Positions 9,485-19,705 of a stretch of 64,000 bases of DNA are shown one piece after another; position 1 is the first letter of the stretch; the number at the start of each line of letters is the position of its first letter. Location: the NCBI GenBank assembly GCA_035628875.1, contig DASPIZ010000135.1, forward strand, positions 50,875 to 114,874, in the 5' to 3' direction. The position numbers were made by a program, and so were the translations under genes. Source of the stretch: Ohtaekwangia sp. (GTDB taxonomy: Bacteria > Bacteroidota > Bacteroidia > Cytophagales > Cyclobacteriaceae). A model generated the notes under the pieces. It searched no databases. It had not been told where the DNA came from and saw only the letters and a list, made by a program, of their open reading frames with translations.

Positions 9485-10762
9485 ATGAATCAGAAAGACT
9501 TCAGGCAACTCCTCAGTTTACCCGTAATCGTTGCTGCCCTCGGCTATTTCGTTGACATTTATGATCTGCTGTTGTTCAGCATTGTACGCATGCCCAGCCT
9601 TATTTCTTTAGGCGTTCCCCACGATCAGTTGTTTAGCGAGGGAGAATTTTTACTTCAGGCGCAAATGGGTGGCCTGTTGGTAGGCGGCATATTATGGGGA
9701 ATTCTGGGCGACAAACGCGGAAGATTGTCGGTATTATTCGGATCCATCTTGCTTTATTCGCTAGCCAATATTGCGAACGGTTTTGTCACTTCCGTAGATC
9801 AATATGCTTTATTAAGATTTATCGCTGGCATTGGGCTGGCCGGGGAACTTGGTGCAGGCGTAACACTGGTTTCTGAAACCTTGCCACGACACTTGCGTGG
9901 CTATGGAACAACCATCATTGCAACGGTGGGGGTATTGGGAGCCGTACTGGCAAATTTCGTTTCGCAGGTCGTTGACTGGAGCATGGCATACTTCATTGGC
10001 GGTGGACTTGGCCTGCTGCTTTTACTTGCACGCGTTAGCGTTTTCGAATCAGCCATTTTTCTAAAGACCAAAGACAAGATCATAGCGCGGGGAAATTTCT
10101 TTCAGTTGTTTACCAACAAAAAACGGTTCATTAAGTTTATGGGATGTATTCTTATCGGGCTACCTATCTGGTACGCGATCGGAATACTCATTACTTTTTC
10201 ACCTGAACTGGCACAAGCCATTGGCATCACATCAGAAATCAAAGCCGGACATGCCATTATGTTTAGTTACCTCGGCCTTGCCCTGGGCGACCTGTCCAGC
10301 GGCACACTTAGCCAACTCATGCGCTCAAGAAAAAAAGTTGTCGCTATTTACATTTTCATGTCATTATGTTTTATCCTGCTTTATCTTTTTACACCGGTAA
10401 AATCAGCTGACTTCTTTTACTTTATATGCTTCCTTATCGGATGTGGTATTGGGTACTGGGCATTGTTTGTCACCATTGCAGCAGAACAATTCGGCACAAA
10501 CCTGCGATCAACCGTGGCCACGTCAGTTCCCAATTTTATTCGCGGCACGGTTATCCCGCTCACCCTGTTATTCAAGTTTCTTCGTGATACGCTGTACGGA
10601 CAATACCTTCCAACACATCCTCATTCAGAAGCAAAAAGCATGGGCCTTATCTACGGTGCATTGATCGTAGGCATCATCACCATTGTGATCGCGTTTGCCG
10701 CCTTACGGGTGATCGATGAAACTTATGCCCGCGATCTTGATTTTGAGGAGGATAATGATTAA
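9485..10762 (+). CDS. MFS transporter
   Basis: ~12 hydrophobic segments; motif A GILGDKRGRLSV; AEQFGTNLRST. Confidence 0.92.
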   Translation: MNQKDFRQLLSLPVIVAALGYFVDIYDLLLFSIVRMPSLISLGVPHDQLFSEGEFLLQAQMGGLLVGGILWGILGDKRGRLSVLFGSILLYSLANIANGFVTSVDQYALLRFIAGIGLAGELGAGVTLVSETLPRHLRGYGTTIIATVGVLGAVLANFVSQVVDWSMAYFIGGGLGLLLLLARVSVFESAIFLKTKDKIIARGNFFQLFTNKKRFIKFMGCILIGLPIWYAIGILITFSPELAQAIGITSEIKAGHAIMFSYLGLALGDLSSGTLSQLMRSRKKVVAIYIFMSLCFILLYLFTPVKSADFFYFICFLIGCGIGYWALFVTIAAEQFGTNLRSTVATSVPNFIRGTVIPLTLLFKFLRDTLYGQYLPTHPHSEAKSMGLIYGALIVGIITIVIAFAALRVIDETYARDLDFEEDND

Positions 10763-10937
10763 TCAGCGTAACCCGGAATTCATTATTACGTTAACCGTAG
10801 GGGCACAAAAACCTTATTTTTAATACCTTTGTTTTTAGCCTGTTGCTTTCCTCAAAAAATGTCCCGTATGAGTAGAAAATGTGCGGGCCGTGGTAGGGGT
10901 TAAGCAAGTGGGACGTACCTTTTCATCGACGGAACCT

Positions 10938-13031
10938 GTGATTAAGTATCTTCTTCTCGTTCTTATTGTAATACAAACTGCCCCAGTAGCAGCACAAAAC
11001 CTTGAATTAATCCAAGAATTACAGCGCAAACTTTCTTCCGCGAAAGCTTCCGAGCGCGTTGAAATTTTATCAGACCTGGCGTGGGAATACCGATGGGCAT
11101 ATCCTGACAGTACAATTATTTATGCGAAAAAGGCACATAACCTCGGCAAAGAACTAAATCTGTCGTCAGGCCTTGCCGAGCCGCTTAATTTTATGGGCGT
11201 TGCATATAACTATAAAGGCAACCGCATAAAAGCCTATGAGTATTATGATCAGGCCCTGAAAGTAGCGACTATCCAAAGCGATTCCACGCAGATTGCGTTC
11301 TCCAACAATAACCTGGGTCGATTGTTTTTCGAACAAGGTATGCTTAGTCGTTCTTATGAATATTTTGTACGGTCGCTGGCGCTTTTTGCTTCAATCAACG
11401 ATGCTTCTGGTTTAGCCTATACGTATCAAAGTCTGGCGAACTTATATAAAACACAACGCGACTTCACCAAAGCAGAAACAAACTATCTCAAGGCTTACAA
11501 AATTCGTCTATCGCTTGGTAACACCCGTGACATCATGTCTGCGATGGTTCAGCTGGGAAGGTTATACCAGGATAACAATAATCATGATAAAGCATTGGAG
11601 TACCTGCAACTTGCCGATTCTGCCGGCAATGTAATTCAGGATGAGATTAATCTTGCGGAAATAAAAACACTGATTGCAGAAAGTTATTTGAATCAAAACA
11701 AATTAGCTGAAGCAGAAAAAATGTGTGCAACGGGACTGCAAGTAATTACAAAAGTAAACGCTGTGCGGATGTTGCCGCAGGCCAATCTCACCATGGGCCA
11801 GATAAAACTTAGCAAAAATGATCTTACAGAAAGTAAACACTATTTTCAGCTTGCACTCACCATTTCAACAAAGAGTAAAGACCTTAACTCCAAAATGGAA
11901 GCGCACTACTGGTTATGGAAGTTATCAGAAAAAGAAAATAACGTCCGCGAGAAATTGCAAAATCACAACCAATACCTGATTCTTAAAGATTCGGTGAAAG
12001 ACCTGGATCTTGCACGTCATGTGGAACGCCTTCAGTTTGAAATAGAAATAGAACGGAAGGAAAAGGAAAATGAATTACTAAAGCTCAATGAAGCAAGAAA
12101 TGAAGTATTCATACAGCAACAGAAATTACAGAATATTGTTTTAATCGGTGTCATTGCTTTTGTTTCGTCCATCTTATTCATGCAATGGCGTGCAAGTAAA
12201 AGGCGCCGCCAGATAAATGAAAAACTCGCTGCTCAAAATCATTACATCCAAAAACAAGGAGAGGAAATCGTAGAACAGAACGAAAAATTATCCAAGCGTA
12301 ACCACGCGCTTTCTGAATTAAACCACGAGAAAGATACTTTGATGAGCATCGTTGCCCACGATTTGAAATCGCCACTACACCGCATTAAAGGAATCATGGA
12401 GATCATGGAACTCGAAGGCGGCTTAACGGATGACCAGCGGACTTATCTTAAAATGACAAAGGATGCTACCAATGCTGGTCTTAATCTTATCAAAGATCTT
12501 CTTGATGTTCATATGCTCCAGGAAAATACAATTCCTACGCACGCGTCGTTTGACCTGAGCCAGTTTATTTTGGAAAAAACAACGGCATTTGAACCGAGCG
12601 CAGAAGCTAAAAAAATTCATTTACTCATTTCACGTGTCGAAAATGACCTTGTTTATCTAGACCCTACTTACCTTAGCCGCATTGTCGACAACCTGCTATC
12701 CAACGCCATAAAGTTTTCGAAAAAAGATTCCGTTGTGGAAATTGCAGCAGGTAAAGACGAGCATTACGTCTGGGTTTCTGTTAAAGATGAAGGTCCCGGA
12801 TTTTCGGAAACTGATCGCATTCAACTGTTTCAGCGATTCAAAAAACTGAGCGCGCGACCCACGGCCGGAGAACCTTCCAATGGGCTTGGACTTGCCATAG
12901 TGAAAACTTTGGTAGACCGTCTCGGCGGTAGTATAGCGCTAGATTCAGGCATTAACAAGGGAAGTAAATTCACCGTTAAACTTCCCATCATTCACGAAGC
13001 ACAATTCGCGGAATCGCCAAAAATGTTGTAA
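10938..13031 (+). CDS. TPR-repeat sensor histidine kinase
   Basis: Signal/TM segment, multiple TPRs, second TM, H-box VAHDLKSP, NLLSNAIKF, DEGPG, GLGLAIVK. GTG 10938 is the likely start (ORF open from 10881). Confidence 0.9.
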   Translation: MIKYLLLVLIVIQTAPVAAQNLELIQELQRKLSSAKASERVEILSDLAWEYRWAYPDSTIIYAKKAHNLGKELNLSSGLAEPLNFMGVAYNYKGNRIKAYEYYDQALKVATIQSDSTQIAFSNNNLGRLFFEQGMLSRSYEYFVRSLALFASINDASGLAYTYQSLANLYKTQRDFTKAETNYLKAYKIRLSLGNTRDIMSAMVQLGRLYQDNNNHDKALEYLQLADSAGNVIQDEINLAEIKTLIAESYLNQNKLAEAEKMCATGLQVITKVNAVRMLPQANLTMGQIKLSKNDLTESKHYFQLALTISTKSKDLNSKMEAHYWLWKLSEKENNVREKLQNHNQYLILKDSVKDLDLARHVERLQFEIEIERKEKENELLKLNEARNEVFIQQQKLQNIVLIGVIAFVSSILFMQWRASKRRRQINEKLAAQNHYIQKQGEEIVEQNEKLSKRNHALSELNHEKDTLMSIVAHDLKSPLHRIKGIMEIMELEGGLTDDQRTYLKMTKDATNAGLNLIKDLLDVHMLQENTIPTHASFDLSQFILEKTTAFEPSAEAKKIHLLISRVENDLVYLDPTYLSRIVDNLLSNAIKFSKKDSVVEIAAGKDEHYVWVSVKDEGPGFSETDRIQLFQRFKKLSARPTAGEPSNGLGLAIVKTLVDRLGGSIALDSGINKGSKFTVKLPIIHEAQFAESPKML

Positions 13032-13171
13032 TCGCTTCGGTTACCTGTTTCTCTTCACTATTTTTTACCGACCACAAACCGGCATTCACCTACCCTGCTC
13101 AGAGGTTGACCTATCTCCTTTATACGCCTTTTCGCTCCTTCCGTATTTTAGCATATATAAATCAAACAAAA

Positions 13172-13945
13172 ATGGAATCTTCATCAGCTAATAGTTCCCA
13201 AGGCAATAACCCAATACCCTACCACGGTGAACCCAAACATCCGAAATCAAACAATGCAATGGCAGGCTTGATCGTTGTGGCTGTCGGTGCTGTTTTACTG
13301 GCAAAACAAGTCGGAACAGATTTGCCACACTGGTTATTCAGCTGGCCCATGTTTTTAATTGCTCTTGGTTTTTATCTTGGCGCCAAACATTCTTTCAGAA
13401 ATCCAGGGTGGCTTATTCCCATTGCAATCGGAATCTTCTTTATCGCCGATGATTACTTCTACGATCTTAATCTGATGAAATTTTTCTGGCCTGTGCTTAT
13501 CATTGTTGCCGGCCTGTTCATGGTCTTTAAGACACGAAAAAAAAACGATGGGATGGGATCGTGGACCGATAAATTCACCGGTGATTCCTTTCAAAGCTCC
13601 GAGAACTTCATTGAAAGCGTTACCATTTTTGGTGGCGTTCGAAAAAACATAATCGCCAAAGATTTTCGCGGCGGTGAAGCGGTAACCGTTTTTGGCGGCA
13701 CTGAATTGAATTTAATGCAGGCCGACACCAGCAGCAGAATAACACTTGAACTGGTGCAGGTCTTCGGCGGAACCAAGTTGATTGTGCCGGCACACTGGAA
13801 AGTGCAGACTGAAGAACTCGTGAATATTTTTGGTGGCCTCAACGATAAAAGGCCCTTGCCAACGCAACCCCTATCTGACGAATCGAGAGTTTTGATCCTC
13901 AAAGGAACCTGTATTTTCGGTGGCATTGATATAAAGAGCTATTAA
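13172..13945 (+). CDS. LiaF-like membrane protein (DUF5668 + DUF2154)
   Basis: N-terminal TM helices with WPMFLI/FWPVLII; repeated IFGG/VFGG motifs; IFGGIDIKSY C-terminus. ATG 13172 preferred. Confidence 0.88.
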   Translation: MESSSANSSQGNNPIPYHGEPKHPKSNNAMAGLIVVAVGAVLLAKQVGTDLPHWLFSWPMFLIALGFYLGAKHSFRNPGWLIPIAIGIFFIADDYFYDLNLMKFFWPVLIIVAGLFMVFKTRKKNDGMGSWTDKFTGDSFQSSENFIESVTIFGGVRKNIIAKDFRGGEAVTVFGGTELNLMQADTSSRITLELVQVFGGTKLIVPAHWKVQTEELVNIFGGLNDKRPLPTQPLSDESRVLILKGTCIFGGIDIKSY

Positions 13946-13991
13946 GACTTACGCAAAACTAAAGTAATTTTTCACCTCAACACCTCCTGTT

Positions 13992-14336
13992 ATGAATTGG
14001 TACATTGCAAAAATCATCTTTGGCATATCAACAGGAAACACAAGTCTAAATCAATTCGATGAGCAATTCCGATTGATTCAGGCTGACACACATGAAGAAG
14101 CTTTTCTCAAAGCACGGGTAATCGGGCTCGGGGAAGAAGATGCTTTCCTGAATGACAACAACAAACTGGTAAAGTGGGAGTTTATTAATGTCGAAGAATT
14201 GCTTCCGATCAAACAGCTTGAAGATGGTATTGAATTATATTCGCGTATCTATGAAATGGAAGAAGGAAAGGATCATGTTAATTTCATTCATCAGAAAGCC
14301 GTAACCTTACGTTTGAATTCGAGACCACTCTATTAA
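13992..14336 (+). CDS. DUF4288 family protein
   Basis: MNWYIAKIIF, FDEQFRLIQA, VKWEFINV, DGIELYSRI. Confidence 0.8.
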   Translation: MNWYIAKIIFGISTGNTSLNQFDEQFRLIQADTHEEAFLKARVIGLGEEDAFLNDNNKLVKWEFINVEELLPIKQLEDGIELYSRIYEMEEGKDHVNFIHQKAVTLRLNSRPLY

Positions 14337-14345
14337 TCCTTTGCT

Positions 14346-15380
14346 TTGCAGTCAAAAAAGATTTTCCTCGGCAACTTTACCTTTACCTATATCGCATGGT
14401 GGCTGGTGTGGGCTGCCCTTCAAACGGTGGTAGTAAGCTATTCGTTTGGCTTTGACTGGACCGTTGCGCTCAAGGATGCATTATTAACCAATGCCGTCCT
14501 TGGACTTGCAGGATATGAAATGATTCTTGTAATGCGCTATTACCAACCACGCCAGAGCTTACGTATCATCTGGACTATCGGCCTCACTGTTCTATGTATC
14601 ACCTTTGTAAAATGGCTATTGAATCAGTGGCTTCAGGATGAATCAGACTACCTATTATTTATCGACAAATGGTTAGTGGTACGGGGGCTTTTCGCCTGGC
14701 TTATCATCAGCTTTGTTACCCTGATAAGCTGGATGTGGTTTTATATGCAGGAACAACAGGAAATTCAATTGCGCAAAGCGGATACGGAAAAACTTGCGCG
14801 TGAAGCAGAACTCTCAACCTTACGTCAGCAATTGCAACCACACTTCCTGTTTAACAGTCTCAATTCGATCAGCGCATTAGCAGGCTCACGTCCGGAAGAA
14901 GCACGTAAAATGATTCAGCAGCTTTCCGATTTTCTTCGCGGTACAATTAAACGGGATAACGTGCAACTCATCCCTTTATCCGATGAACTTTCACACCTGG
15001 AGCTTTATCTTGAAATTGAAAAAGTACGCTTCGGACACCGCTTAAAAACGGAAGTACACCAAGGTGATAACACATCCGATTTGCTACTGCCATCTCTCTT
15101 ACTGCAGCCCATTGTAGAGAACGCAATCAAATTCGGTTTATATGATACCACGGGAGAAATCACCATCCGCATTGATGCCAGCAACCAAAATAATTACCTG
15201 ATGCTCACTGTTCAGAATCCATTTGACCCGACGACATCACAGCCGCGACACGGTACCGGGTTTGGACTGAGCTCTGTACAACGGAGACTATACCTGCTTT
15301 ATGGGCGAAACGACCTGTTAACCACAAAGCAACACAATTCAATTTTTACAACAGCAGTACAGATTCCCCAAAACAGATGA
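14346..15380 (+). CDS. LytS/YehU-type sensor histidine kinase
   Basis: QLQPHFLFNSLNSI, LLQPIVENAIKFG, GTGFGL. Confidence 0.95.
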   Translation: MQSKKIFLGNFTFTYIAWWLVWAALQTVVVSYSFGFDWTVALKDALLTNAVLGLAGYEMILVMRYYQPRQSLRIIWTIGLTVLCITFVKWLLNQWLQDESDYLLFIDKWLVVRGLFAWLIISFVTLISWMWFYMQEQQEIQLRKADTEKLAREAELSTLRQQLQPHFLFNSLNSISALAGSRPEEARKMIQQLSDFLRGTIKRDNVQLIPLSDELSHLELYLEIEKVRFGHRLKTEVHQGDNTSDLLLPSLLLQPIVENAIKFGLYDTTGEITIRIDASNQNNYLMLTVQNPFDPTTSQPRHGTGFGLSSVQRRLYLLYGRNDLLTTKQHNSIFTTAVQIPQNR

Positions 15381-16114
15381 TCACCACCATTCTTATCGAC
15401 GATGAACCTTTGGCCAGAAGCATCACGCGCGAGTATCTGGCATCTTACTCCGATATTCAAATCGTACAGGAATGTAACGATGGCTTCGAAGGCGTTAAAG
15501 CCATCACACAGCACAAGCCGGATTTAATTTTTCTCGATATCCAAATGCCGAAAATAAATGGGTTTGAGATGCTGGAACTCCTGGACCCATGTCCCTCCGT
15601 AATATTTACCACCGCATTCGATGAATATGCAATCAAAGCTTTTGAAGCACACGCCATTGATTACCTGCTAAAACCTTATAGCAAAGAGCGGTTTGATAAG
15701 GCTATGCAAAAATGGTTGCAGCAAAAAAACAACAACGCAATAGTCAATGAAAAAACCCTACCGGAAAACATACGCCAACCAGAAGAGCGAAATCGTATTG
15801 TTGTAAAAGAAGCCGGAAACATCAGGATCATTCCGGTTCATGAAGTGTTATACCTTGAAGCATATGATGACTACGTAAAGATACACACATCAAAAGAAAT
15901 GTTCCTGAAAAAGAAAACCATGAGTTTTTACGAGCAATCACTCGACGAACACCAATTCGTTCGCGTACACCGATCGTACATTATTCAGTTATCTCAACTC
16001 ACACGCATCGAACCGTTCGAAAAAGACAGTCATATCGCACGCTTGAAAAACGGAACTAAAATTCCCCTTAGCAAAAGCGGATACACAAAACTTAAAACCG
16101 TTCTCGGAATGTGA
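15377..16114 (+). CDS. LytTR-family response regulator
   Basis: REC domain (IDDEPLA, FLDIQMP) plus LytTR FVRVHRSYII; overlaps the kinase stop (ATGA). Confidence 0.95.
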   Translation: MITTILIDDEPLARSITREYLASYSDIQIVQECNDGFEGVKAITQHKPDLIFLDIQMPKINGFEMLELLDPCPSVIFTTAFDEYAIKAFEAHAIDYLLKPYSKERFDKAMQKWLQQKNNNAIVNEKTLPENIRQPEERNRIVVKEAGNIRIIPVHEVLYLEAYDDYVKIHTSKEMFLKKKTMSFYEQSLDEHQFVRVHRSYIIQLSQLTRIEPFEKDSHIARLKNGTKIPLSKSGYTKLKTVLGM

Positions 16115-16118
16115 GGCA

Positions 16119-16463
16119 GGTTCAGAGTTCAAGGTTCAGAGTTCATGGTTCAAAGTTCATGGTTCAAAGTTCAAAGTTTAAGGTTGGAGTTCGATAACGA
16201 AGCGTTTTGTGAATTGTCTGAAGTTAGAGGTTTGAGGTTGGTCTCCGATAATCATGATGTTTCCTGTCCTTACCATCATCCTGACGCGACTGTGCTCAAG
16301 CACATGTATGCAGAAGGATTCCCTAACTCGAGCGAAAAAATGTTTCGTTAGCAAAATCAAATTAAAAAACTGTTAGTATAGAAATTCACATCAATTACGA
16401 TCAGCAAACTCGAGGCTCATAGCTCACAGCTCGTAGCTATTCCCAAACCCAACAATATTCGAC
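16119..16463 (+). repeat. Composite heptamer cassette, copy B (near complete)
   Basis: 10 in-phase heptamers 16119-16188 (ggttcag agttcaa ggttcag agttcat ggttcaa agttcat ggttcaa agttcaa agtttaa ggttgga), tttgagg module, catcctga...gaaggat core, gctcgta module. Confidence 0.9.
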
Positions 16464-16467
16464 ATCG

Positions 16468-16646
16468 CCTTTGCGTGACTCTGCGGCTTTGCGGCTCCTA
16501 TGTTTGCGGTTAAGCGTATTTATCAAATTGCGATAGTACAATGGTAGTGTTTTTCTCACCGCGAAGTCGCGAAGACGCAGAAGTACGCGAAGTGTTAAAT
16601 AGGATTTTACTTTGCGAAACTTTGCGTCTCAGCGCCTCTGCGGTTA
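16468..16646. repeat. 8-bp-periodic imperfect hairpin repeat (cgcgaag / ctttgcg family)
   Basis: accgcgaagtcgcgaagacgcagaagtacgcgaag (16558-16592) pairs with ctttgcgaaactttgcgtctcagcgcctctgcggtt (16610-16646); an extra right arm sits at 16468-16513. Confidence 0.75.
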
Positions 16647-16671
16647 AGTTGTTACCAAATTAGTGTCGAAA

Positions 16672-16800
16672 ACGCATCAATTACGATCAACAAACTCGAG
16701 GCTCGTAGCTCACAACTCGTAGCTTTTCGAAAAAACATATAAATAGTCGAAAACAACTTACCGCTTGCAGCCTATAGCCTGAAGCTTACCAGAAACCGCA
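16672..16800 (+). repeat. Heptamer cassette, right modules only (copy I)
   Basis: catcaattacgatcaacaaactcgaggctcgtagctcacaactcgtagct is nearly identical to 16388-16438; gcttgcagcctatagcctgaagctt module follows. Confidence 0.85.
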
Positions 16801-16822
16801 TCAAACAACGAAACCAAAAACC

Positions 16823-19204
16823 TCATTCATTTCTCAACGTATCCACCGGATTTGCTTTTGCCGCTTTAAGCGTTGTACTGCTTGTTGTAAGCATGCCCAT
16901 TGCAAAGACGCCCACAGCACATACAATGATCGGTATAATACTGATGACAATATGGTGCGCATAGATTTCATCCAGCAATGCGTTAATCAGATAAAAACCA
17001 CCCACACTACCAAATACAACTGCTATCATCAGGATAATCACAAATTCTCTATTCAATAATGCGACGACATTCACCACCGTAGCACCGAGAGCTTTACGTA
17101 TGCCAATCTCCTTAGTACGTCTTGCAATGTTGAGCGAAGCCAGCGAAAAAATTCCCGAAGCAGAAAGCAAACCACCAAGCACTGTAAGAAATAGAAAAAT
17201 CTGTTTGAGGTTGGCGTTTGTCCGCTTCGTCTCTTCCAACACAATATCCTCCTGAAATTTGCTTTCGTAGGATTTAGTAGGAAATGTTTCCTTCCATATC
17301 TTCCCGATGTATTTATCGATCTCGCCACGATCAGCGGCATTTACTTTTACCAACATAAGCTTATAAGCATCTGGTGTAGCCGGATAAAAGACAAAAGGCT
17401 CTGGTTCTTTTGAGCGGAAAAGGTTATCAATATGATCTTCAATAACGCCCACGATGTGACGCTTTACTTCATGTACCACTACAATCTTATCCAACGGATC
17501 CACCATGTTTACCTTTTTCAAAAAAGCTTTATTCACGACTACGGCTTCTGCTAAATCTGATGAATTTTCAGGATTGAATGAATTTCCTTCGATGAATTCA
17601 AAACCCATCGTTTCAAAATAATTTTTTCCAACACCCAACAACCTGGCTTCATATTCTGAAGTATCTACCTTCACAGGAAACTGGTAATTGCTATAACCTA
17701 CCTGATGATCACTTACGCCAATGTTCAGAATTTTGGCATTACCTGAAATCGCATTACGGATCGCCTCATATTCGTTTTCACTTTGAATATTCACGGTAAT
17801 CACCATCTCCTTATCATAACCAAACTTAATTTGCTCCTGGTAATGTGTGTTTTGAATAAATATAACACCAGCGATCAGCACAATGACCGAAAGGGCAAAC
17901 TGAATAGCCACCAACGATCGGGTAAGCCCATTGGTGCCTTTAATCTTTACGCTTCCTTTTAACAATGACACGGGTTTAAATCTGCTGTTAAAAATTGCCG
18001 GATATAGGCCAGCCAATAAGGAAGCAATGAATACAAGAATGATCAAAGTAATAAAAAGATTTACGCCATCGAGGTCACGCAATCCATAAGGAAGGTTCCA
18101 CATGGTGGTGAAGGCCGGCACGATAAACTGGGCCATGATCAACCCGACCACCAGCGACAGTGAAATTGTAATTACGGTTTCGAGAAGAAACTGTGATACG
18201 ATCTGCCCTTGCGCTGCACCAATTGCTTTGCGCACACCTACTTCTTTCAGTCGCTTAGCCGTAAGCGCAATGGATGTATTCGTAAGATTGAAACAGGCAA
18301 TCAATAAGATCATGCCCGCCATAGAAATAAAAATAAGTAACGGAACAAAACTTATGCGCAGGTTCGCATAGCTCGACCGTATGTCATCCTGTGTAAATGA
18401 CGATTTAAATGGCTCAAGCTTATAAGCTGTGACCATAGCATCTTTCTTAACTTCATTGCGCAGGGGTATATACTTATCAAATTGTTTACTTATATGGGCT
18501 GGATCACTTCCGGCAACCAGTTTCACAAAGGTGGAAGGATCACGCCAATCGCCCCAATTATTAATCTCCAATTTATTGATATCCATAAACACTTCAACAC
18601 GCATCAGCACATTGACCGAGAATGAATTGTTAACCGGTGTCTTGGCGAGTACACCACCAACGATTGCCTGGATTTCAATTTCATTCGGATAATTGAGGAC
18701 CAAGACTTTTCCTACAGCATCCTCGTCACCGAAATACTTCTTAGCATATTCCTCGCTGATAAAAACACTGTGTTTATCTTTAAACGCCAGGTGACTCCCG
18801 CTCTTCAGCGGATAATCGAACATATCAAAAAATGTACTGTCGACATAGGCGATATTTTCAGAAAACGAATTATCACCATAACGAATGTAACCCCCACCAT
18901 AGATAAAACGGGTAAACTGTGCGATACCGCTGATATCCTCAGCAGCGATGGGACCGAATACAATAGGTGCCGTAATAGTTTGTGTTGTAGGTCCGTCCTT
19001 CTCCTTGAAATGTGTATGTACTTTATACACATCAGCTACTTTCTCATCTTTATGAAAGCTGTCGAACTCAATATTATATGCTACTAAGATGTATGCCGTA
19101 ATACAACACGCCAGGGAAATGCCCAGTCCGAATGTATTGATGATGACATAACTTTTGTTTCGAAGCAGGTTTCGCCAGGCTACCTGGAGGTAATTTTTGA
19201 TCAT
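16823..19204 (-). CDS. ABC transporter permease, MacB/FtsX type (duplicated)
   Basis: MIKNYLQVAWRNL start at 19204; two FtsX domains (KEVGVRKAIGA; KEIGIRKALGA). Confidence 0.93.
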   Translation of the reverse strand: MIKNYLQVAWRNLLRNKSYVIINTFGLGISLACCITAYILVAYNIEFDSFHKDEKVADVYKVHTHFKEKDGPTTQTITAPIVFGPIAAEDISGIAQFTRFIYGGGYIRYGDNSFSENIAYVDSTFFDMFDYPLKSGSHLAFKDKHSVFISEEYAKKYFGDEDAVGKVLVLNYPNEIEIQAIVGGVLAKTPVNNSFSVNVLMRVEVFMDINKLEINNWGDWRDPSTFVKLVAGSDPAHISKQFDKYIPLRNEVKKDAMVTAYKLEPFKSSFTQDDIRSSYANLRISFVPLLIFISMAGMILLIACFNLTNTSIALTAKRLKEVGVRKAIGAAQGQIVSQFLLETVITISLSLVVGLIMAQFIVPAFTTMWNLPYGLRDLDGVNLFITLIILVFIASLLAGLYPAIFNSRFKPVSLLKGSVKIKGTNGLTRSLVAIQFALSVIVLIAGVIFIQNTHYQEQIKFGYDKEMVITVNIQSENEYEAIRNAISGNAKILNIGVSDHQVGYSNYQFPVKVDTSEYEARLLGVGKNYFETMGFEFIEGNSFNPENSSDLAEAVVVNKAFLKKVNMVDPLDKIVVVHEVKRHIVGVIEDHIDNLFRSKEPEPFVFYPATPDAYKLMLVKVNAADRGEIDKYIGKIWKETFPTKSYESKFQEDIVLEETKRTNANLKQIFLFLTVLGGLLSASGIFSLASLNIARRTKEIGIRKALGATVVNVVALLNREFVIILMIAVVFGSVGGFYLINALLDEIYAHHIVISIIPIIVCAVGVFAMGMLTTSSTTLKAAKANPVDTLRNE

Positions 19205-19328
19205 ATGAGAGAACGTTAGCGGTGGAGTTAACGCGATGACAATAAATATACCACAAATCAAACCCTGAAAATCAATTCAAATACGAAGATCACAGGTATC
19301 ACAATGTTCATTTATGAACGGGGTGAAC

Positions 19329-19690
19329 GTTCATGGTTCAAAGTTCAAGGTTGGACATTCGATAACGAAGCGTTTTGTGAAATTGTTTGAGGTTTGAGGT
19401 TTGAGGTTGGTTTCCGATAATGATGAGATTCGGAATTTGTTTGAGCTTCCTTTTTCGTTACCGTCATCCTGATGCGACTGTGCCTCGGCACAGTCATGCA
19501 GAAGGATCCCCCGATCGTGAGAAAAATGTTTCGTTGGCAAAATCAAACTGAAAAACTTGTTAGTATTGAAAACCACATCGATTATGCCCAACAAACTCGA
19601 GGCTCGAGCTCGCAACTCGCAGCTTTTCAAAAAACTCATCAATAATCGAAAATAGCTTGTTGCCTGTAGCTGCACCAACACACACCTACT
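19329..19690 (+). repeat. Composite heptamer cassette, copy C (complete)
   Basis: Same module order as B; shares the 24-bp identity ttcgataacgaagcgttttgtgaa with B; perfect hairpin gactgtgc-ctcg-gcacagtc inside gtcatcctga...gaaggatc. Confidence 0.9.
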
Positions 19691-19705
19691 ATCGAAATCA
19701 ACCAC

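Noticed and set aside
19331-19705. Protein-coding capacity of the cassette (ORFs 19331-19705, 23265-23543, 16178-16360)
   Set aside because: Two of these ORFs start right after neighbouring stops and the 81-bp deletion is in frame, but reading frames diverge between copies at the heptamer modules, so the shared peptides reflect DNA similarity only.
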